The notes below the pieces were generated by a model. That model was not told the DNA's origin, did not search any database, and saw only the letters and a program-made list of their open reading frames with translations. Shown piece after piece: positions 29,076-32,000 of a stretch of 32,000 bases of DNA; position 1 is the first letter of the stretch, and each line of letters starts with the position of its first letter. The position numbers were made by a program, and so were the translations under genes. The stretch is from Sodalis sp. Ffu (GTDB lineage: Bacteria; Pseudomonadota; Gammaproteobacteria; Enterobacterales; Enterobacteriaceae). The stretch is taken from NCBI GenBank assembly GCA_024748595.1, contig CP072944.1, positions 1 to 32,000 of the forward strand. The letters are read 5' to 3'.

Positions 29076-29415
29076 TTATGACTCTTCGCTGTCCATGTAA
29101 TCATCTACGATGACCATTTGCATTTTACCGCCTGACAGAGTATGGAAACGTTTGGGGTAGCTAGTATGCTCAACATATTTAAACCATACTTTTTCTTGTT
29201 CACTGGACGGCGGATGTTCTCCATGACATACTGCAATAAATTGCCGCTCTTCGTCGGTATCAGGCCTACGTTTGCCACTATCCAGATCGTTGTAAGCATG
29301 ATCGCAACGTTCTAATAATTGTGCTTCCCGAATGGTGAAATGACCATGCCTGGAGAAGCCGTGAGGATAATTTGTTATAAAATAATGATTATTAGTAGTA
29401 AAAACTTTCCGTCAT
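29076..29415 (-). pseudogene. maoP: maoP (yifE) with a single +1 frameshift after codon 5
   Basis: ATG ACG GAA AGT TTT runs straight into a stop two codons later (TAC TAC TAA). Dropping one T from the T5 run (A5 at 29400-29404 on the plus strand) gives an open 112-codon frame: [97 protein letters not shown]... This is collinear with, and the same length as, E. coli MaoP ([52 protein letters not shown]...RFHTLSGGK). Confidence 0.8.
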
Positions 29416-29453
29416 TTTACGAGGTCCCATCTTTAATGTAAGCCATGCTGTTT

Positions 29454-29470
29454 ATGGCGCGGATAATTAG
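29454..29470 (-). promoter_or_regulatory. maoS-like site in the maoP-hdfR intergenic region
   Basis: The reverse complement CTAATTATCCGCGCCAT matches the 17-bp E. coli maoS sequence as I recall it (CTAATACTCCGCGCCAT) at 15 of 17 positions. It lies in the same maoP/hdfR divergent intergenic location. Confidence 0.45.
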
Positions 29471-29535
29471 TTAGACTGGACTTGCTGTAAAACAAAAATT
29501 TTTCATTATAATGATAAAATTGTTTGGATAGAGCA

Positions 29536-30370
29536 ATGGATACGGAATGAATAAAAACTTTTTTTGAAGTAAGTCATACTTGCTGCAATAACATTTGCTT
29601 GATTGCGGAGATGGTGACTACTGCTCATGCAAAAAAAACTGATGCCACCCGGCAGATCGCCAAAATAGAAAGTGACTATATTCACTGCAGTACAATTTTG
29701 TTTTCCAGGTGCCAGCGCTTTGTGGAAGGTTTAGCTTGGAGAATAGCTCAAAATGTTTTATTGGCAATGTCCGTAATTGCAAATCGAGGTGCGTTAGGGA
29801 TTGACAAAAGTTGGATGAACGGTAACTGAATTTGCTGATTATCACTGAGGTTCCATAAATAGGAATGTTTGACCGACGCTTTTCAGTGCTGCTAATATTC
29901 ACGTCGCTATTTGCCTGCACCCTTATATTCAATTATAAGTATGGATAAATTTCCATGAGGTCTAGTTAAGGCGCTGCTTATGATTATAACTTCGACACAA
30001 TTCACGCGCCAACTATTGCCGGTTACCGGTGCTGGCGGTTGCTTAGCCATTTGGGTCAATGTCGGATTTACTGGCCATCAAGGGATCACTATTGATGGCT
30101 AGCCCGCTTTATATATATACGATTTGGCTGCATAATAAGCACTGAACACGTTTTGATACGGCGATTAGTGAGTCACACGCTAATTTAGCTGCCAAAGCAG
30201 ATATAAACGGTATTGTCAATTGGACAGTCTGTGCCGTCTCACATAATGCTGTGCTGTACGAACTGTGATAGGTAGAGTGTCTACTATGCGGCAATTAAAA
30301 ATGTTTCAGGTTTTTTACAGTCAGATAAACGTGGTAAAATAAAGTACCGAAGGTAATGTTTTGGTTTATT
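29536..30370 (+). pseudogene. hdfR: hdfR remnant (LysR-type regulator)
   Basis: The plus strand from 29536 reads MDTE*IKTFFEVSHT, where HdfR begins MDTELLKTFLEVSRT; codon 5 is TGA. ORF 29599-29829 continues with weak similarity (AE.....RQ). It is divergent from maoP, as in E. coli. The 3' boundary is a guess from gene length. Confidence 0.55.
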
Positions 30371-30801
30371 TTAAAAAGTTATAAGGGTAGGGCCCCGCTA
30401 TTGGTGCTTCTATCACCGCGGAAAAAGTTATTGTTGCTGTTGATAAAATAAATTAGTGTGATTTAATTCACTTTATACGCTGGTATATTGACTTGGTATG
30501 TTCTCAGCTCTGCCATCAAAAACCGCAATATCAGTTTTTTAGCTAATGGCGCCAGTTGAGCCTTATGCTCAAAGGGGCTGCAGTAGTAATATTTTGACGG
30601 CACCATAGGGTCTTTCCAGTTGTGAGGAATGGAAACTGGTGAGTGCCTGTGCTTTCTCTCTTTTCACCTTTTATGGTTTCTATAGCGTTTATGAGTCTTT
30701 TTCCTTAGTTGCGTCTGAGCATAATCGTCAATACAGTTGTAATATTGATAAGCTATTTTACACTCCAAGTTGTTAATAGCAGATGCGTAGCATGAAAAAA
30801 G

Positions 30802-31827
30802 CTAATTTAGGCGTTTGAGGGCTGGGAGCTCTTCCATGGACCACCGTGGTCGTACCGAAATTGATAAATCTGCGTATGCTCCAATTTGCAGTCGTGCCAT
30901 ACCGGCATAAGCGATCATCGCTCCATTATCTGTGCAAAATTCCGGCCGGGCATAAAATATTTCTCCACCTCGTAGGTGCATCATATTAGTTAAATTTGCG
31001 CGTAGGGTATAATTGGCACTGACGCCGCCCGCAATTACTAACCGCTGTAGGCCAGTCTGGTCTAATGCGCGTCGACATTTGATCGCTAATGTTTCCACCA
31101 CTGCATCTTCAAACGCGTGCGCTATATCAGCGCGTGTTTGCTCATCATTTCCGCTGGTGCGTATAATATTGGCGGCAAACGTTTTTAGGCCGGAGAAGCT
31201 GAAATCTTGCCCTGGCCTATTGGTCATCGGTCGCGGAAAGGTATAGCGACCTGGCACGCCTCGTTGTGCCATGAGTGACAACATGGGTCCGCCTGGATAA
31301 CCCAGTCCCAACAGTTTAGCGGTTTTGTCAAACGCCTCGCCAGCAGCATCATCGATTGATTCCCCTAGCAGCTGATATTCACCGATACTTGTTACTACGA
31401 TAAGTTGAGTATGACCGCCTGTCACTAACAGAGCCACAAAAGGAAACATCGGCGGATTGGGTTCCAGCATTGGTGCTAGCAGATGTCCTTCCATATGATG
31501 CACAGCGATGGCTGGGACTTTCCATGCGTAAGCTAGGGCCCGACCGATAGTCGCCCCGACCATTAATGCGCCTACTAGACCAGGACCAGCGGTATAGGCG
31601 ACGCCATCGATATCCGTCGCCTGCAATCCAGTTTGTGCCAGCGTCTCTAAAATCAATGGCACTGTTTTCCGTACATGATCGCGGGATGCCAATTCAGGTA
31701 CTACACCTCCATAATCAGCATGTATTTTCACCTGACTATAAAGTTGATTAGCCAACAGCCCCTGATGTTCATCATAAATTGCTACACCAGTTTCATCGCA
31801 TGACGTTTCAATGCCTAATACACGCAT
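30802..31827 (-). CDS. tsaD: tRNA N6-adenosine threonylcarbamoyltransferase (t6A synthesis)
   Basis: From the ATG at 31827, the 341-aa product is [59 protein letters not shown]...[12 protein letters not shown]...[17 protein letters not shown]. It is collinear with E. coli TsaD (YgjD). The ORF-track GTG at 31842 adds 5 residues that are absent from homologues. Confidence 0.95.
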   Translation of the reverse strand: MRVLGIETSCDETGVAIYDEHQGLLANQLYSQVKIHADYGGVVPELASRDHVRKTVPLILETLAQTGLQATDIDGVAYTAGPGLVGALMVGATIGRALAYAWKVPAIAVHHMEGHLLAPMLEPNPPMFPFVALLVTGGHTQLIVVTSIGEYQLLGESIDDAAGEAFDKTAKLLGLGYPGGPMLSLMAQRGVPGRYTFPRPMTNRPGQDFSFSGLKTFAANIIRTSGNDEQTRADIAHAFEDAVVETLAIKCRRALDQTGLQRLVIAGGVSANYTLRANLTNMMHLRGGEIFYARPEFCTDNGAMIAYAGMARLQIGAYADLSISVRPRWSMEELPALKRLN

Positions 31828-32000
31828 AATTATTACTATCACATTTTATAGCATGCTGTTTACATATTGCTGCACTGCCTGCTCTGATTTTTAAGCTAAA
31901 ATTATATAAAGAATAAATTTCTCTATAAGGCAAAAAGTTTAAGAATTATTTTGAGCGAGCACACAGTATGCTTTCTATCAAACGTTGGTTTGATTGCCTA

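Overview
This 32-kb window reads like a chromosomal segment of a host-restricted, genome-eroding member of the Enterobacterales. An insect-endosymbiont-type lineage is my guess, and the species cannot be determined from the sequence alone.

Synteny: read on the minus strand, the gene order reproduces the E. coli K-12 map as I remember it. That order is hdfR/maoP/comM, ilvL-G-M-E-D-A, ilvY/ilvC, [ppiC rep gppA rhlB], trxA, rho, wecA-wzzE-wecB-wecC-rffG-rffH-rffC-wecE-wzxE-wecF-wzyE-wecG, [yifK], argX-hisR-leuT-proM. About half of it is dead.

Intact genes, judged by length and near-identity to E. coli proteins: glyQ (5' part), ibpB, ibpA, pgpC, tadA, tRNA-Pro(CGG), a tRNA Arg-His-Leu-Pro operon, wecA, rho, trxA, ilvC, ilvA, ilvD, ilvE and tsaD.

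Remnants carrying stops, frameshifts or deletions: the whole ECA cluster downstream of wecA, ilvY, ilvG, ilvM, comM and hdfR. maoP carries a single +1 frameshift.

Mobile DNA: at least four diverged relics of one IS903-like (IS5-family) element lie co-oriented with the genes, and two of them bracket rho. Between the GC-normal genes lie roughly 2-kb ORF-free, very AT-rich tracts.

Novel-system search: I found no CRISPR array, rRNA or prophage, and no convincing multi-gene defence, toxin or secretion system. I do not think this window holds a new system in that sense.

Worth a second look:
- the IS relics placed immediately upstream of rho and wecA;
- a 273-codon open frame in a catalytically dead-looking transposase;
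- selective survival of wecA, ilvEDA and ilvC after their partner or regulator genes were lost;
- a conserved maoS-like site beside the frameshifted maoP;
- perfect palindromes and short tandem duplications in decaying DNA.

All pseudogene boundaries are approximate. All homology calls come from by-eye alignment to protein sequences recalled from memory.
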